A DNA stretch of 64,000 nt. Origin: an uncultured virus (IMG/VR IMGVR_UViG_3300028805_000071). Lineage: Duplodnaviria > Heunggongvirae > Uroviricota > Caudoviricetes. The notes below the pieces were generated by a model, which made no database searches, was not told the DNA's origin, and worked only from the letters and a program-made list of their open reading frames with translations. Numbering within the stretch: position 1 is the first letter of the stretch; each line of letters opens with the position of its first letter. Location: the IMG/VR virus record IMGVR_UViG_3300028805_000071; one strand, given 5' to 3'. The translations under genes were made by a program, and so were the position numbers. Positions 19,944 through 31,541 of the stretch are shown here, piece after piece.

Positions 19944-20918
19944 ATGGGATTTGATTTATTACATCTAGAGCCGACTAAAGTTAGTCGTGACTTAAGTGGG
20001 TATATTACATATATTTATGGCGTGCCAAAAGTCGGTAAAACTACTTTTGGCTCACAGATGCCGAAATCACTGCTTATTGCATTTGAAAAAGGTTATAATG
20101 CTCTTGGCGGTATTAAAAAGGTTGATATTAATAGCTGGGGAGAATTTAAATCCCTTATGCGTGAATTAAAGAAACCTGAGGTTCAGGCAGAATTTAAATC
20201 ACTGGTTATTGATACAATTGATATTGCGGCTGCTTTATGCGATAAATATATTTGTAATCAGCTCGGCATTGAAAACCTTGGCGACGGTGGTTGGTCTGTC
20301 AATGGCTGGGCAAAATATAAAAAGGAATTTGAAGATGCGTTCCGTAGTTTAACAATGATGGGTTATGCCGTATTATTCATCTCTCACTCACAGGACAAGT
20401 CCTTTAAGAGAAAAGATGGGTCAGAGTATAACCAGGTTGTTCCAACAGCACAGAAATCTGTTAACGATATTGCGAAAGCAATGGCAGATATTTATGCATG
20501 CGCCGATATTATCGGCAACGAACGCAAATTGATTCTTCGTTCATTAGATGGCGAATATGACGTTGGTTGTCGTTTCAAGTACATCGAGCCGGTAATTAAT
20601 TTTAGTTATCAGGATTTGGTTGATGCATTAAATGCGGCAATTGACAAGGAGGCAGCTGAAACACAAGGTAAGTTTGTTACTGATGAACGTGTAACAATTA
20701 ATTCAGAACCGACTTATAATTATGATGAATTAATTGAAGAATTTAATAACTTAATCTCACCCCTTATGATGAAAAATGAGGCTTACTATCGTCCAAGAAT
20801 TGCAGCTATTGTTGAGAAATATCTCGGCAGAGGAAAGAAGATTGGAGATACAACCCCGACTCAGGCTGAGTTTATCTATTTAATCAATACAGAGATTAAA
20901 GAAGATTTAATGAAATAA
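19944..20918 (+). CDS. Sak4-like/AAA_24 ATPase (recombination or annealing)
   Basis: YIYGVPKVGKTT, AFEKG, LVIDTID, FISHS motifs. Confidence 0.8.
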   Translation: MGFDLLHLEPTKVSRDLSGYITYIYGVPKVGKTTFGSQMPKSLLIAFEKGYNALGGIKKVDINSWGEFKSLMRELKKPEVQAEFKSLVIDTIDIAAALCDKYICNQLGIENLGDGGWSVNGWAKYKKEFEDAFRSLTMMGYAVLFISHSQDKSFKRKDGSEYNQVVPTAQKSVNDIAKAMADIYACADIIGNERKLILRSLDGEYDVGCRFKYIEPVINFSYQDLVDALNAAIDKEAAETQGKFVTDERVTINSEPTYNYDELIEEFNNLISPLMMKNEAYYRPRIAAIVEKYLGRGKKIGDTTPTQAEFIYLINTEIKEDLMK

Positions 20919-20931
20919 GAAGTAAGATTCA

Positions 20932-20968
20932 AACCTCAGGGTTAAAGCACCCTGAGGTTGTTTTTTTT
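20932..20968 (+). terminator. intrinsic terminator
   Basis: AACCTCAGGGT/ACCCTGAGGTT hairpin plus T-run. Confidence 0.8.
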
Positions 20969-21003
20969 ATATTTTTTTCGTATAATTATATAGAGGTGAA
21001 AAT

Positions 21004-21540
21004 ATGGGTAAACAAGCACTTGTGAAATGCCCCTATTGTAAGGAACATTTTGACAGGGATACAACTGAATATGTCAAAATTGGCGCTCGATATGCACATA
21101 AAACTTGTTATAATAATGCGTTAGAACAAAAAACATTAGATGAAAAACAAAGAACATCTTTAATGCATTATATCGAAGAATTATTCGGTGTAAGTTATAA
21201 TGTTCCATTAGTATTAACACAAATTAAAAATTATCGAGAGAACTTGAATTACACATATCAACAAATAGAGCGTTGTTTAAGATATGCGTATGAAGTTAAA
21301 GGGTATGATATAGGCAGAGCAAAAGGGATAGGAATTGTCCCTTATGTTTTTAAAGACGCCTATAATTATTATTACCAATTATGGGTTAACTCGCAACAAC
21401 GACCGGGAGAAGTAATGTTAAAAGATTACACCCCAGAAGTTGTAAAAGTTACAATACCTGTGCCGGTCCCAAAACCATTTGTAAGTCAGAAGTTTAAGTT
21501 TTTAGATGAAGAAATAGAGGAGGAAAATCGTGGCATCTAA
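21004..21540 (+). CDS. Zn-finger replication protein upstream of the helicase (possible loader)
   Basis: CPYC...H..C zinc motif, GIGIVPY; overlaps the helicase start. Confidence 0.6.
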   Translation: MGKQALVKCPYCKEHFDRDTTEYVKIGARYAHKTCYNNALEQKTLDEKQRTSLMHYIEELFGVSYNVPLVLTQIKNYRENLNYTYQQIERCLRYAYEVKGYDIGRAKGIGIVPYVFKDAYNYYYQLWVNSQQRPGEVMLKDYTPEVVKVTIPVPVPKPFVSQKFKFLDEEIEEENRGI

Positions 21541-23059
21541 ATATAATGATACAGCAGCGGTGATGCAAGTTATTGGTTGCGTTTATAACGATTTATCTCT
21601 TTTAGATTTAACCGATAAATATCATATTAATGAAGATGATTTTGACAATGACTTTCATAAAATAGTTTTTGGGTCGATATATAGGTTACATGAATTAGGG
21701 GCAAATAAAGTTAACCTTGAAACCATCGCAGATTTTTTAAGCTCACGTCCAAAAAGCGAGGCGGTGTATAAGCAAGAAAAAGGTGAAGAATGGTTAACAC
21801 AAGTGTCAGCGGCAGCGAATCCATTAACATTTGATTATTATTATAATCGAATGAAAAAGTTTTCATTGCTTCGGGCCTATGATAAATTTGGTATTGATAT
21901 TAAATTTATTTATGACCCAGACAATATTTTTGACGCCAAGAAAAAACAAACCCAAGAGGAGAATTTAGATAATTCATCTTTAGAAGAACTGGCAAATAAA
22001 GTTGATTTAATGATTTCTAATATTAGAGCAACTTATGTTAATGATATGGGCGGTGAAGCTCTTCAGGCCGGTGATGATATTGATGATTTGATTGAACAAT
22101 TAAAACAATATCCAGAGGTTGGAGTTCCGATGTATGGTAGTTTAATAAATGCCGTTACACGTGGCGCTCGACTTGGAAAGTTTTATTTGCGTTCAGCTCC
22201 TACTGGTGTTGGTAAATCTCGTACAATGATTGCAGACTTTTGTAATATTGGTTGTGACGAAATTTATGATGATTTATTAGGATGGCGTACAAATGGTGTG
22301 GCGCAACCTTGTTTGTATATTTCTACAGAGCAAGATAAGAGCGAACTTCAAACCATGATGTTGGCTTTTTTAGCCAGTGTAAACGAAGACCATATTTTAA
22401 ATGGTAAATATACTGGTGATGAGGAACAGCGAGTGCGCCATGCCGCAGAAGTATTAAAACGGTCACCGATTTATATTGAAGTATTACCAGACTTCTCGTT
22501 AGAAGATATTACTGATACTATCAAGAAAAATATCCGTGACCATGATGTAGCTTATGTATTCTATGATTACATTCATTCAAGTTTAAAAATCTTAGAAGAA
22601 GTTGCAACCCGTACAAGGGGTATGAATCTGCGTGAAGATAATATTTTATTTATGTTATCAGTAAAGTTAAAAGATATTGCAACAAAATATAACGTATTTA
22701 TTTTATCGTCAACTCAGTTGAATGGGCAATATCAAGATTCAGAAACGCCAGACCAAAACCTGTTGCGAGGAGCAAAAGCTATAGCAGATAAAATAGACTG
22801 GGGCGCAATTATGTTGCCCGCAACCTCAACTGATATGGAGGGATTAAGCCGTATATTAAGTAACTCGTCTGAAAATTTAACTCCAAATATGAAAATGTCA
22901 ATTTATAAAAACCGCCGAGGCAAATATAAAGGCATTTATCTTTGGTGTAAAGCAGACCTAGGTACGTGTAGAGTTAATCCTATTTTTGCCACAACTTATA
23001 CCTATGAAATGGTGCAAATTGAAGATTTGCAAATTGAAATTGACAAAGGAGCGTTTTAA
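21530..23059 (+). CDS. replicative DNA helicase, DnaB-like
   Basis: SAPTGVGKS Walker A, ISTEQ, FYDYIH, STQLN, LRGAKAIADKID, YKNRRG. Confidence 0.9.
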   Translation: MASKYNDTAAVMQVIGCVYNDLSLLDLTDKYHINEDDFDNDFHKIVFGSIYRLHELGANKVNLETIADFLSSRPKSEAVYKQEKGEEWLTQVSAAANPLTFDYYYNRMKKFSLLRAYDKFGIDIKFIYDPDNIFDAKKKQTQEENLDNSSLEELANKVDLMISNIRATYVNDMGGEALQAGDDIDDLIEQLKQYPEVGVPMYGSLINAVTRGARLGKFYLRSAPTGVGKSRTMIADFCNIGCDEIYDDLLGWRTNGVAQPCLYISTEQDKSELQTMMLAFLASVNEDHILNGKYTGDEEQRVRHAAEVLKRSPIYIEVLPDFSLEDITDTIKKNIRDHDVAYVFYDYIHSSLKILEEVATRTRGMNLREDNILFMLSVKLKDIATKYNVFILSSTQLNGQYQDSETPDQNLLRGAKAIADKIDWGAIMLPATSTDMEGLSRILSNSSENLTPNMKMSIYKNRRGKYKGIYLWCKADLGTCRVNPIFATTYTYEMVQIEDLQIEIDKGAF

Positions 23060-23329
23060 ATGTATAAAGTAGTTATTGCTGAAAAATATGATGAGAATAG
23101 ATTCCTCATCGAAAAAGACAAGTTAGAAAAAATGCTCGAAGATGCTTATATGGATGGATATAAAGATGGTAGAGCATCACACTCATATTATCCATATTAT
23201 TACACAACTACTGGTAGTAATAGTAAAGATATAGATTTTACAAAATATACTATTACTTGTAATGATGAACCCGTGCCTTTTACATATACTAAAACCGCAG
23301 AATCGACAAACGCAACTATTAATAAATAA
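23060..23329 (+). CDS. hypothetical protein (89 aa)
   Basis: ORF abutting the helicase and primase genes. Confidence 0.65.
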   Translation: MYKVVIAEKYDENRFLIEKDKLEKMLEDAYMDGYKDGRASHSYYPYYYTTTGSNSKDIDFTKYTITCNDEPVPFTYTKTAESTNATINK

Positions 23330-24426
23330 TGGGATTAGATAAAAACGATATTAAGGAACAAGTTACAATTGAAGACGTATTTGAATTGTTAGATGAGTTC
23401 GGGGGAGACCCAAGATATACAAATTTTGGGATTCTCTCCCGCACAATTTGTCATAACCCAAAAGGTGAAGGTAGTTATAAACTTTATTATTATACCAACA
23501 GTCAAATGTTTCATTGTTTCACGGGATGTAATGATAGCTTTGATGTATTTGATTTAGTTATTAAAGTAGCTGATATTCAAATGCATAAACAATTTGACCT
23601 TAATGATGCCGTTAAATATGTCGCTTATAAATTTGGAATTACTTCTCAAATTGATAATGACACTACGACAAACGATGAAGATTGGAATATATTAGATAAC
23701 TATAATCGTATACAATCTTTAGAAAATAAAGATTTAACGGTATCATTAAAAGAGTATGATAATGAAATCTTGAATCGTTTTAATTACAACCTTAAACTCA
23801 CCCCTTGGTTAAATGACCATATCACGCAAGACGTAATTAATGACGCGCGCATCGGGTTCTACCCCGGAGGAGACCAAATTACTATACCACATTTTGATAT
23901 AGATAATAGGTTTATAGGTTTGCGTGGTAGGACATTGTGCAAAACTGAGGCAGAGTTGTATGGTAAATACCGTCCTTTACGTATCAACAATATATTGTAT
24001 ACCCACCCTCTTGGAATGAATTTATACAATATAAATCATAGTAAAAATAATATTGCATCTTTTAAAAAAGCGATTATTTTTGAGTCAGAAAAAAGTTGTT
24101 TACAATATCGTGGTTATTTTGGGCCTGATTTAGATATATCAACGGCCTGTTGTGGTAGCAGTATATCGGCATACCAAATGCAAATATTATTAAATCTTGG
24201 AGTAAATGAAGTTATTATAGGTTTTGACCGCCAGTTTCAACAGTTAGGTGATTCGGAACATTCGCATTTAGTTCAAAATTTGCGTAGAATTTATAATAAA
24301 TACAAAAATTTTACGACAATAAGTTTTATCTTTGATAAAAAGATGATTACAAATTATAAAGACAGTCCCACAGACAATGGGCAAGAAGTCTTTATGAAAT
24401 TATTTAATGAAAGAATTTTTTTATAA
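23329..24426 (+). CDS. DNA primase (Zn-binding and TOPRIM domains)
   Basis: CHN...HCFTGC zinc site, IPHFD...GLRGR, IIFESEKS, IGFD, KD. Confidence 0.88.
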   Translation: MGLDKNDIKEQVTIEDVFELLDEFGGDPRYTNFGILSRTICHNPKGEGSYKLYYYTNSQMFHCFTGCNDSFDVFDLVIKVADIQMHKQFDLNDAVKYVAYKFGITSQIDNDTTTNDEDWNILDNYNRIQSLENKDLTVSLKEYDNEILNRFNYNLKLTPWLNDHITQDVINDARIGFYPGGDQITIPHFDIDNRFIGLRGRTLCKTEAELYGKYRPLRINNILYTHPLGMNLYNINHSKNNIASFKKAIIFESEKSCLQYRGYFGPDLDISTACCGSSISAYQMQILLNLGVNEVIIGFDRQFQQLGDSEHSHLVQNLRRIYNKYKNFTTISFIFDKKMITNYKDSPTDNGQEVFMKLFNERIFL

Positions 24427-26150
24427 TGAAGTTTGAATTAATACAAAATACACAACATAATAATTCTGCGCTCATTCAGGTATTATTAAACCGAGGTTTT
24501 CAATTAAATGATATTCATCATTACTTACACACAAATGATGATGATGTTTTTGACCCAGCTTCTATCGAACATATGGAAGAGGGAGCGCAGTTATTATTAA
24601 AACATTGGAAAAACGGAGATAAAATCTTTGTGCAGGCAGATGCCGATTGTGACGGCTATACCAGTGCTTCGATTTTCATTAATTATATAAACAAGGTAGA
24701 TGAAGATTATGCTCAAAATAATATTATATACCGAGTACATAATAATAAACACCACGGAATTATTCCCAGCACTGTGCCAGATGATATTAGACTTGTAGTT
24801 ATTCCTGACGCAAGTTCAGAAGAATATATTCAGCATCAGGAACTCCATGACAGAGGCATCGATGTATTAATTATCGACCATCATAATGCTCAAAAGTATT
24901 CTGAATATGCTTGCGTTATAAATAATAAATTATGCGATTATGAAAACAAAGATTTATCTGGCGCCACAATGGTTTATAAATTCTGTTGCTGCTTAGATAA
25001 ATTATTAAATGTAGAATATGCTGATTCATTTTTAGATTTGGCTCTATTGGGAATGATAGCTGACGTTATGCCTATTACAAATTTTGAAACCCGTAGACTA
25101 TTAAATAAAATGACCATTAATAATAAGTTTTTAAACTACTTATTTGAAATGGATAATTATAGAAATAACGGAGTTTTAAATGCGCATACACTAGCTTGGA
25201 GTTTTGCCCCATTAATTAATTCTATCACTCGTTTTGGGTCTGAAGAAGAAAGATTATTAGTATTTGAAGCATTATTAGATTCTAAAGCCAGCGAACAGAT
25301 TCCCTCAAGTAAACGAGGTGCAAAAGGTAAATTAGAAAAAAGATATATTGAAGCTGCGCGCATATGTAAAAACGTAAAAGCAGCGCAAGATAGAGCCAAA
25401 AAAGCTTGGGCAGATGAACTTGAAAATATCATTGCACAAGAAGGTTTGTTGGACAACAAAATTATACTAATAAAAAACCAAAAGTCAAATGATGACACTA
25501 AAAATTTATCTGGGTTAGTAGCGACAGTACTAATGAGCAAATATGACCGTCCTGCATTAATCTTATCCCCTGTCAATGAAGAAGACGGCTTACATTGGGC
25601 GGGGTCAATGCGTAACTCAGGATACCCTATTGCAGATTTTCAAAAATTTGCATTAGATTCTGGGTTAATCGATTGGTGCCATGGACATGACAATGCGGCC
25701 GGTATTAGCATTCCAGATAAGAACTTAAATAAATTTGTTGAATATACCAACGAAAAATTAAAAGGTTATAATTTTGAAAAATGTTATTTGGTTGATAAGA
25801 TATATGATGTTACTCAAATCGACGAAGGTGATATAGCATCATTAGCCGATGCCGGGTCTTTATGGGGAACAGGTATAGAAGAACCGCTTATAGCTATTCA
25901 AAATATTCCATTAACCACAGATACTATGAGCTATTCGCCTAAAAAAACATTCCAAGTAACTTTAACTAATGAAATTAATGGTATGAAAACATTTTTTGGC
26001 GAAGATGAATGGATAAATGTTCAGCCAAAAGGCAAACGCAAATATATGGATATAGTTGGTTATTGTAAACGCAGTGTCGGATTTGGCGACGCATTGCGAA
26101 TTGATATAGTTGATTACAACATATACGAAAGTAAATATTGGGATTTTTAA
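24426..26150 (+). CDS. recJ: RecJ-like ssDNA exonuclease (DHH family)
   Basis: DADCDGYTS, IIDHH, LSGA, IADVM, GSMR, GHDNAAG motifs. Confidence 0.9.
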   Translation: MKFELIQNTQHNNSALIQVLLNRGFQLNDIHHYLHTNDDDVFDPASIEHMEEGAQLLLKHWKNGDKIFVQADADCDGYTSASIFINYINKVDEDYAQNNIIYRVHNNKHHGIIPSTVPDDIRLVVIPDASSEEYIQHQELHDRGIDVLIIDHHNAQKYSEYACVINNKLCDYENKDLSGATMVYKFCCCLDKLLNVEYADSFLDLALLGMIADVMPITNFETRRLLNKMTINNKFLNYLFEMDNYRNNGVLNAHTLAWSFAPLINSITRFGSEEERLLVFEALLDSKASEQIPSSKRGAKGKLEKRYIEAARICKNVKAAQDRAKKAWADELENIIAQEGLLDNKIILIKNQKSNDDTKNLSGLVATVLMSKYDRPALILSPVNEEDGLHWAGSMRNSGYPIADFQKFALDSGLIDWCHGHDNAAGISIPDKNLNKFVEYTNEKLKGYNFEKCYLVDKIYDVTQIDEGDIASLADAGSLWGTGIEEPLIAIQNIPLTTDTMSYSPKKTFQVTLTNEINGMKTFFGEDEWINVQPKGKRKYMDIVGYCKRSVGFGDALRIDIVDYNIYESKYWDF

Positions 26151-26172
26151 AAAAAATATAATATAATTAATT

Positions 26173-27345
26173 ATGATTTTAACAAACTCACAAGAAGAAG
26201 CAATTAAAATTTGTAAAACAAAATATCAGCACAAAGACCCTTATACTATTATTGTTGGCTATGCGGGAAGTGGAAAAAGTACACTTATTCCAATAGTAGT
26301 TGATGCTCTTGGGTTAAACCCACAGACCGAAGTCGCTTATATCGCGTTTACTGGTAAAGCGGCTTTAGTTATGGCGAACAAAGGTTGCTATAATGCACAG
26401 ACCGCCCATCGATTATTATATAGGTCGGTACCGCAAGCTAATGGAAGTTTTAAACACATTCCTAAAAAATATATCGGCTCATATAAACTTATTATCGTTG
26501 ATGAGGTTTCTATGTTGCCGAAAGATATTTGGGAATTATTATTATCACACCACATTCCAGTTATTGCTTTTGGCGACCCAGGCCAATTGCCGCCAGTAAA
26601 AGCACAGGACAACGGCATGTTAGACCACCCCGATTGTTTCTTGTCTGAAATTGTTCGTCAAGCTCAGGATAATGAAATTATTAGGTTATCAATGGATGTG
26701 CGTCAGAACAAGCCATTAGAATTATATAAAGGTGAACAAATTCAAATTATCGACCCCGAAGAAGTAATACCAGGAATGTTTACTTGGGCAGACCAGATTA
26801 TTTGTGCAAAAAATGCAACTCGTCGGCAGATTAATCAAGACGTAAGGAAATTACTCTATGACGTTGAAGATTTAGAGCCATTAGAAGGCGATAAAATAAT
26901 TTGCTTAAATAATTATTGGGAAGATATTAACCATATTGGGGACGCTTTAGTGAACGGAATGACGGGAACAATCAGTTTCATTCGTAAATTTGAAACACGT
27001 AAGCTGCATCCCGCGATGAAATTGGATATACTCCCCGAAGGATTTGATATTGATTGTCCTCTTGGTGACCCCTATTACAATGATGTTTTGGTTGATTATA
27101 ATTTATTAACCACTGGCGTGCCAACAATTAATGAAACTAATTGGAGGAAATTTAGAGGAGAAGCAAGACCTCGTGAATTTGATTATGGGTATGCCATTAC
27201 GGCCCATAAAAGTCAAGGTAGCGAATATAATAAGGTATTAGTCTTTGAAGAAAATTTCCCTTATGTCGAAGAAGAACATATGCGATGGCTATATACCGCT
27301 ATCACGCGAGCAAAATCAAAACTTGTAGTAGTAAGACAAAAATAA
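26173..27345 (+). CDS. SF1B helicase (RecD/Dda-like)
   Basis: GYAGSGKST, AFTGKAA, VDEVSM, GDPGQLPPV, YAITAHKSQGSE, LYTAITRA. Confidence 0.92.
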   Translation: MILTNSQEEAIKICKTKYQHKDPYTIIVGYAGSGKSTLIPIVVDALGLNPQTEVAYIAFTGKAALVMANKGCYNAQTAHRLLYRSVPQANGSFKHIPKKYIGSYKLIIVDEVSMLPKDIWELLLSHHIPVIAFGDPGQLPPVKAQDNGMLDHPDCFLSEIVRQAQDNEIIRLSMDVRQNKPLELYKGEQIQIIDPEEVIPGMFTWADQIICAKNATRRQINQDVRKLLYDVEDLEPLEGDKIICLNNYWEDINHIGDALVNGMTGTISFIRKFETRKLHPAMKLDILPEGFDIDCPLGDPYYNDVLVDYNLLTTGVPTINETNWRKFRGEARPREFDYGYAITAHKSQGSEYNKVLVFEENFPYVEEEHMRWLYTAITRAKSKLVVVRQK

Positions 27346-27379
27346 CAGAGGTAAAATGATACTCTCTGTTGTTTTTTTT
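27344..27379 (+). terminator. intrinsic terminator
   Basis: AACAGAG...CTCTGTT hairpin plus T-run. Confidence 0.65.
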
Positions 27380-27442
27380 ATATAATTATGATATAATAAT
27401 AATAAGGAATAAAATAAAAAAATGGGGGTGATGCCGTTGACA

Positions 27443-30400
27443 ATGAGTAGTTATTATAGCATACATAATCATACTCATTATTCTTAAATCTAATTTACGT
27501 TTAATTGATAGTATTAATAAACCTATCGATTTAATTAATCATGCGGTAAAATTAGGGTTAAGCGGCTTAGTTATTACTGACCATGAAAGTTTAAGTGCGG
27601 CCATGGAGGTTAATCAATATGCGAAAAAATTGAGAGAAACAAATCCAGACTTCACTATTGGGTTAGGTAATGAAATTTATTTAACAGATACAAGAGAATC
27701 AGGGCAACAGTATTATCATTTCATTTTAATTGCAAAAGATGAGATAGGTTTTAGAGCGTTAAAAGAATTAAGTTCAAAGGCTTGGTATAATATGTATTCA
27801 GACCGAGGATTGGAACGAGTTCCAACTTTAAAGTCTGAATTAAAAGAAGTGTTGTCAAAGTATCCCGGCCATGTAATTGGAACAACGGCATGTATTGGTG
27901 GTGAATTATCGAGTAATGCATTATTAATGTCGAAAGCGCAGATGGCTGGAGATAATAATGCGGCGGCGGTGTATTATAATAATATTCTTCGATTTTTAGA
28001 TTTCACAAAAGAAGTTTTTGGAGAAGATTTTTATTTAGAGGTAGCGCCAGCAGATAATGAAGACCAGTTAATTGTTAATAAAAAGATTTTAAGAATTGCA
28101 CAGGCTTATGGATTAAAGATGGTTTTTGCAACAGATAGCCATTATTTAAACAAAGAAGATAGGTCGATTCATAAAGCATTTTTAAATTCTAAAGATGGCG
28201 AGCGAGAAGTTGATTCATTCTATGAATTTTCATATATGATGAAGCCCGAAGAGGTTTATGACTTTTTAAAACTGGTTTATGACGATGAAACCATTAATCA
28301 AATGGTGAATAATCTTGAAGAAATTCGTCAGAAGATTGAGTTTTATAGTTTGGAACATCATCAAAGTATTCCAGAGGTCGATGTTAAAAAGTATCCAAAG
28401 GGTAATCGATGGGATGGGCTTCAGGGTGAGTTTAACAGAGGTCGTTGGACAGTATTAAATAGTTTATTTAATAGTGATAATGTTCAAGAAAGATATTGGA
28501 TTAATCAATGTATTGAAGCATTAATTAACAAAGGTATCGGTTTAAAAGATGAATATATTGACCGATTAGAAGAAGAGGCCAGAGTTAAAAGAATCATAGG
28601 CGAAAAACTTCAAACTTGTATGTTCGCATATCCGAATACATTGCAACATTATATTGATTTATTTTGGGAGTGTGGAAGTACAGTTGGAGCGGGCCGTGGT
28701 TCAGCTTGTTCAGGTTTAAATCATTATTTATTAGGAATTACACAACTTGACCCAATTAAATGGAATCTTCCGTGGTGGCGTTATTTAAATGATGAACGTG
28801 TTGAATTGGGAGATATTGATTTGGATTTGGCGCCAAGTAAACTACCAGCAATCTTTGAAGCGATTCGTAAAGAACGTGGAGAATTAGGAATTGTTCAGGT
28901 TGCAACTTTTGGAACGGAAACATCAAAGGCGGCCATATTAACAGCATGCCGAGGATATAGAAGTAAAGATTGCCCCAATGGAATTGATATTGATGAGGCG
29001 CAATATTTATCTTCATTAGTTCCGGTTGAACGTGGTTTCAGTTGGTCAATTAAAGATATGATTCAAGGCAATCCTGAAAAGGGCCGTACCCCAATATCAG
29101 CATTTATTTATGAGTTGAATAACTATCCAGGGTTATTAGATATTATTCAAGGAATTGAAGGATTAATAACTCGTCGTGGAAGTCATGCGTCTGGTGTTAT
29201 ATTATATGGTGAAGATATATTTGACCATTCGGCAATTATGAGGACTCCAAGTGGCGCATTAGTAACTCAGTGGGATTTACATAAAGAAGAGGCCGCTGGT
29301 AATGTTAAATATGATTTCTTGTTAACTTCGGTTCAAGATATTATTATTCAAACAATTAAATTATTACAAGATAATGGTTTAATTGAAAAAGATTTAACAT
29401 TAAGGCAGATTTATGATAAATATTTGCACCCCGAAGTTTTACCAATCGAAGACCCAAGAATTTGGAATGCGTTGGCAAATGGTAATGTTATTGACTGTTT
29501 CCAGTTTGATTCGGCTGTTGGAACACAAGGAGCAAAAAAAGTTAAACCGAAAACTCCAACAGAAATGGCGGACACAAATGGATTAATTCGATTAATGACC
29601 GCAGAAAAAGGTGAAGAATCTCCATTAGATAAATATGTTAGGTTTAAAAACAATATTAATCTGTGGTATCAAGAAATGGATAAGGCTGGATTAACAAAGG
29701 CTGAACAGAAAGTGCTGGAAAGATATTTCTTGGAATCATATGGGGTACCACCTTCACAGGAACAATTAATGCGAATGTTAATGGATAAAGATATTTGTGG
29801 TTTTACATTAGCAGAAGCGAATGCAGCGAGGAAAATTGTTGGTAAAAAACAAATGGATAAGATTCCAGCATTGCATGATAAAGTATTAACGCAAGCCAAG
29901 AGTATGAATCTTGGGCATTATGTATGGAAATGCGGTGTTGGCCCACAAATGGGATATTCATTTAGTACAATACATGCATTAGCGTATAGTTTTGTAGGAA
30001 TACAAACATTATATTTGGCGACGAATTTTAATCCAATATATTGGGATACGGCTTGTTTAATCGTAGATAGCGGTTCATTAGAAGATGCGTCTGGTTCAAC
30101 TGATTATAAGAAATTAGCAACGGCAATTGGAAAAATGAGAAAAGCTGGTATCGAAATTAGTTTAATTGATATTAATCGTTCTCAATTTGGTTTTATCCCA
30201 GATGTTGAACATAATCGTATATTGTTTGGCATGAAAGCGTTGTTAAATGTTGGCGATGAATTAGTTGAAGAAATTATTGCAAATCGTCCATATGCGACAG
30301 TTGAAGAATTTATTGATAAAATTAAGCCAACAAAATCAGCAATGATTTCATTAATAAAGAGTGGCGCATTTGATGAATTACAAGACCGTAAAGAATGTAT

Positions 30401-31301
30401 GACTCAATATTTATGGGATGTATGTGATAAAAAGAAAAAATTAACTCTTCAAAATTTAAAGGCATTAATGGATTATGATTTAGTACCGAAGAGTTTAAAA
30501 AATGAAAAGAGTATTTATGAATTTAATAGATATTTAAAAGCAATTTGCAAATATTCAAAGGATAAATATAAAATAGATGATAGAGCGTTTAACTTTTTAA
30601 TTAAGTTAGGTTTAGATAGTTCAGTTGATGTAGTTGATAGTGAAATGTATTTATCTGTAAAAACTTGGGATAAATATTATGAAGGTACAAAAACTGTATT
30701 TAGAGATTGGATTAATGCAAATAAAGACAAATTATTAAATTTATTAAATATTAGGATATTTAATGAAACATGGGACCGGTATGCATCAGGCACAATTTCA
30801 ACTTGGGAAATGGAAGTATTATGTTTTTACTATCATGACCACGAATTGGCTGGAACAAATACAGATAAATATGGAATTGTTGATTTCTTTAAATTACCAG
30901 AGCATCCAGTAGTTGAAAGAACATATACAACAAAGAATGGGCATGCGGGAAACATATTTAAATTAAATAAAATTTGTGGAACTTGTATAGCAAAAGACAA
31001 AGTTCGTAGTACAGTTTCATTATTAACTACAACTGGTGTTGTAGAAGTTAAATTTAGAAAAGAATATTTCAGTTTATTTGATAAACAAATATCTGTTATT
31101 AATGACGATGGAACAAAATCCGTTGTTGAAAAATCTTGGTTTAATCGTGGGTCAATTATTATGGTACAAGGTTTCCGTTCAAACGATAACTTTATAGCGA
31201 AAAAATACGGAACAAGTGCTGGTCATCAGTTATATAAAGTATCTGCGATTAATAGAGATGGTACGTTAAATTTTCAAAGTGAAAGATACCAGGAGGTGTA
31301 A
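27443..31301 (+). CDS. dnaE: DNA polymerase III alpha subunit (family C); the 5' end is interrupted by a 7-nt, +1 frame discontinuity at 27482-27491
   Basis: PHP motif SIHNHTHYS (27443-27484) in one frame; NLRLIDS...TDHE and the rest (GAGRGSA, DIDLD, HASGV, GYSFSTIHALAY) in the +1 frame. Confidence 0.92.
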
Positions 31302-31304
31302 TAT

Positions 31305-31541
31305 ATGTGGAAGATGTGGGGAGTGCTTAGCCTGCCCGGCGCAGGAATAATTGCTGAACCAAAAATTTATGGAATTTATACATCGCTGAATCAGGCGATT
31401 AAGGCGATTCGCGGCAATGATAATAGTTTTGAATATACCTATAAAGAAGAGGGAGACCGTTTAATTATGGTTGGTACTGCTAAAACAGACCCATCAATAC
31501 AAATAGAATATATTATAAAGGAATATAAAATAGATGTATAA
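31305..31541 (+). CDS. hypothetical protein (78 aa)
   Basis: GGAGGTG SD, operonic position. Confidence 0.7.
   Translation: MWKMWGVLSLPGAGIIAEPKIYGIYTSLNQAIKAIRGNDNSFEYTYKEEGDRLIMVGTAKTDPSIQIEYIIKEYKIDV

Noticed and set aside
27482..27491. Group I/II intron or intein in dnaE
   Set aside because: The interruption is only 7 nt, with no ribozyme core or terminal G. No intein motifs were seen in DnaE, DnaB, the topoisomerase or NrdD.
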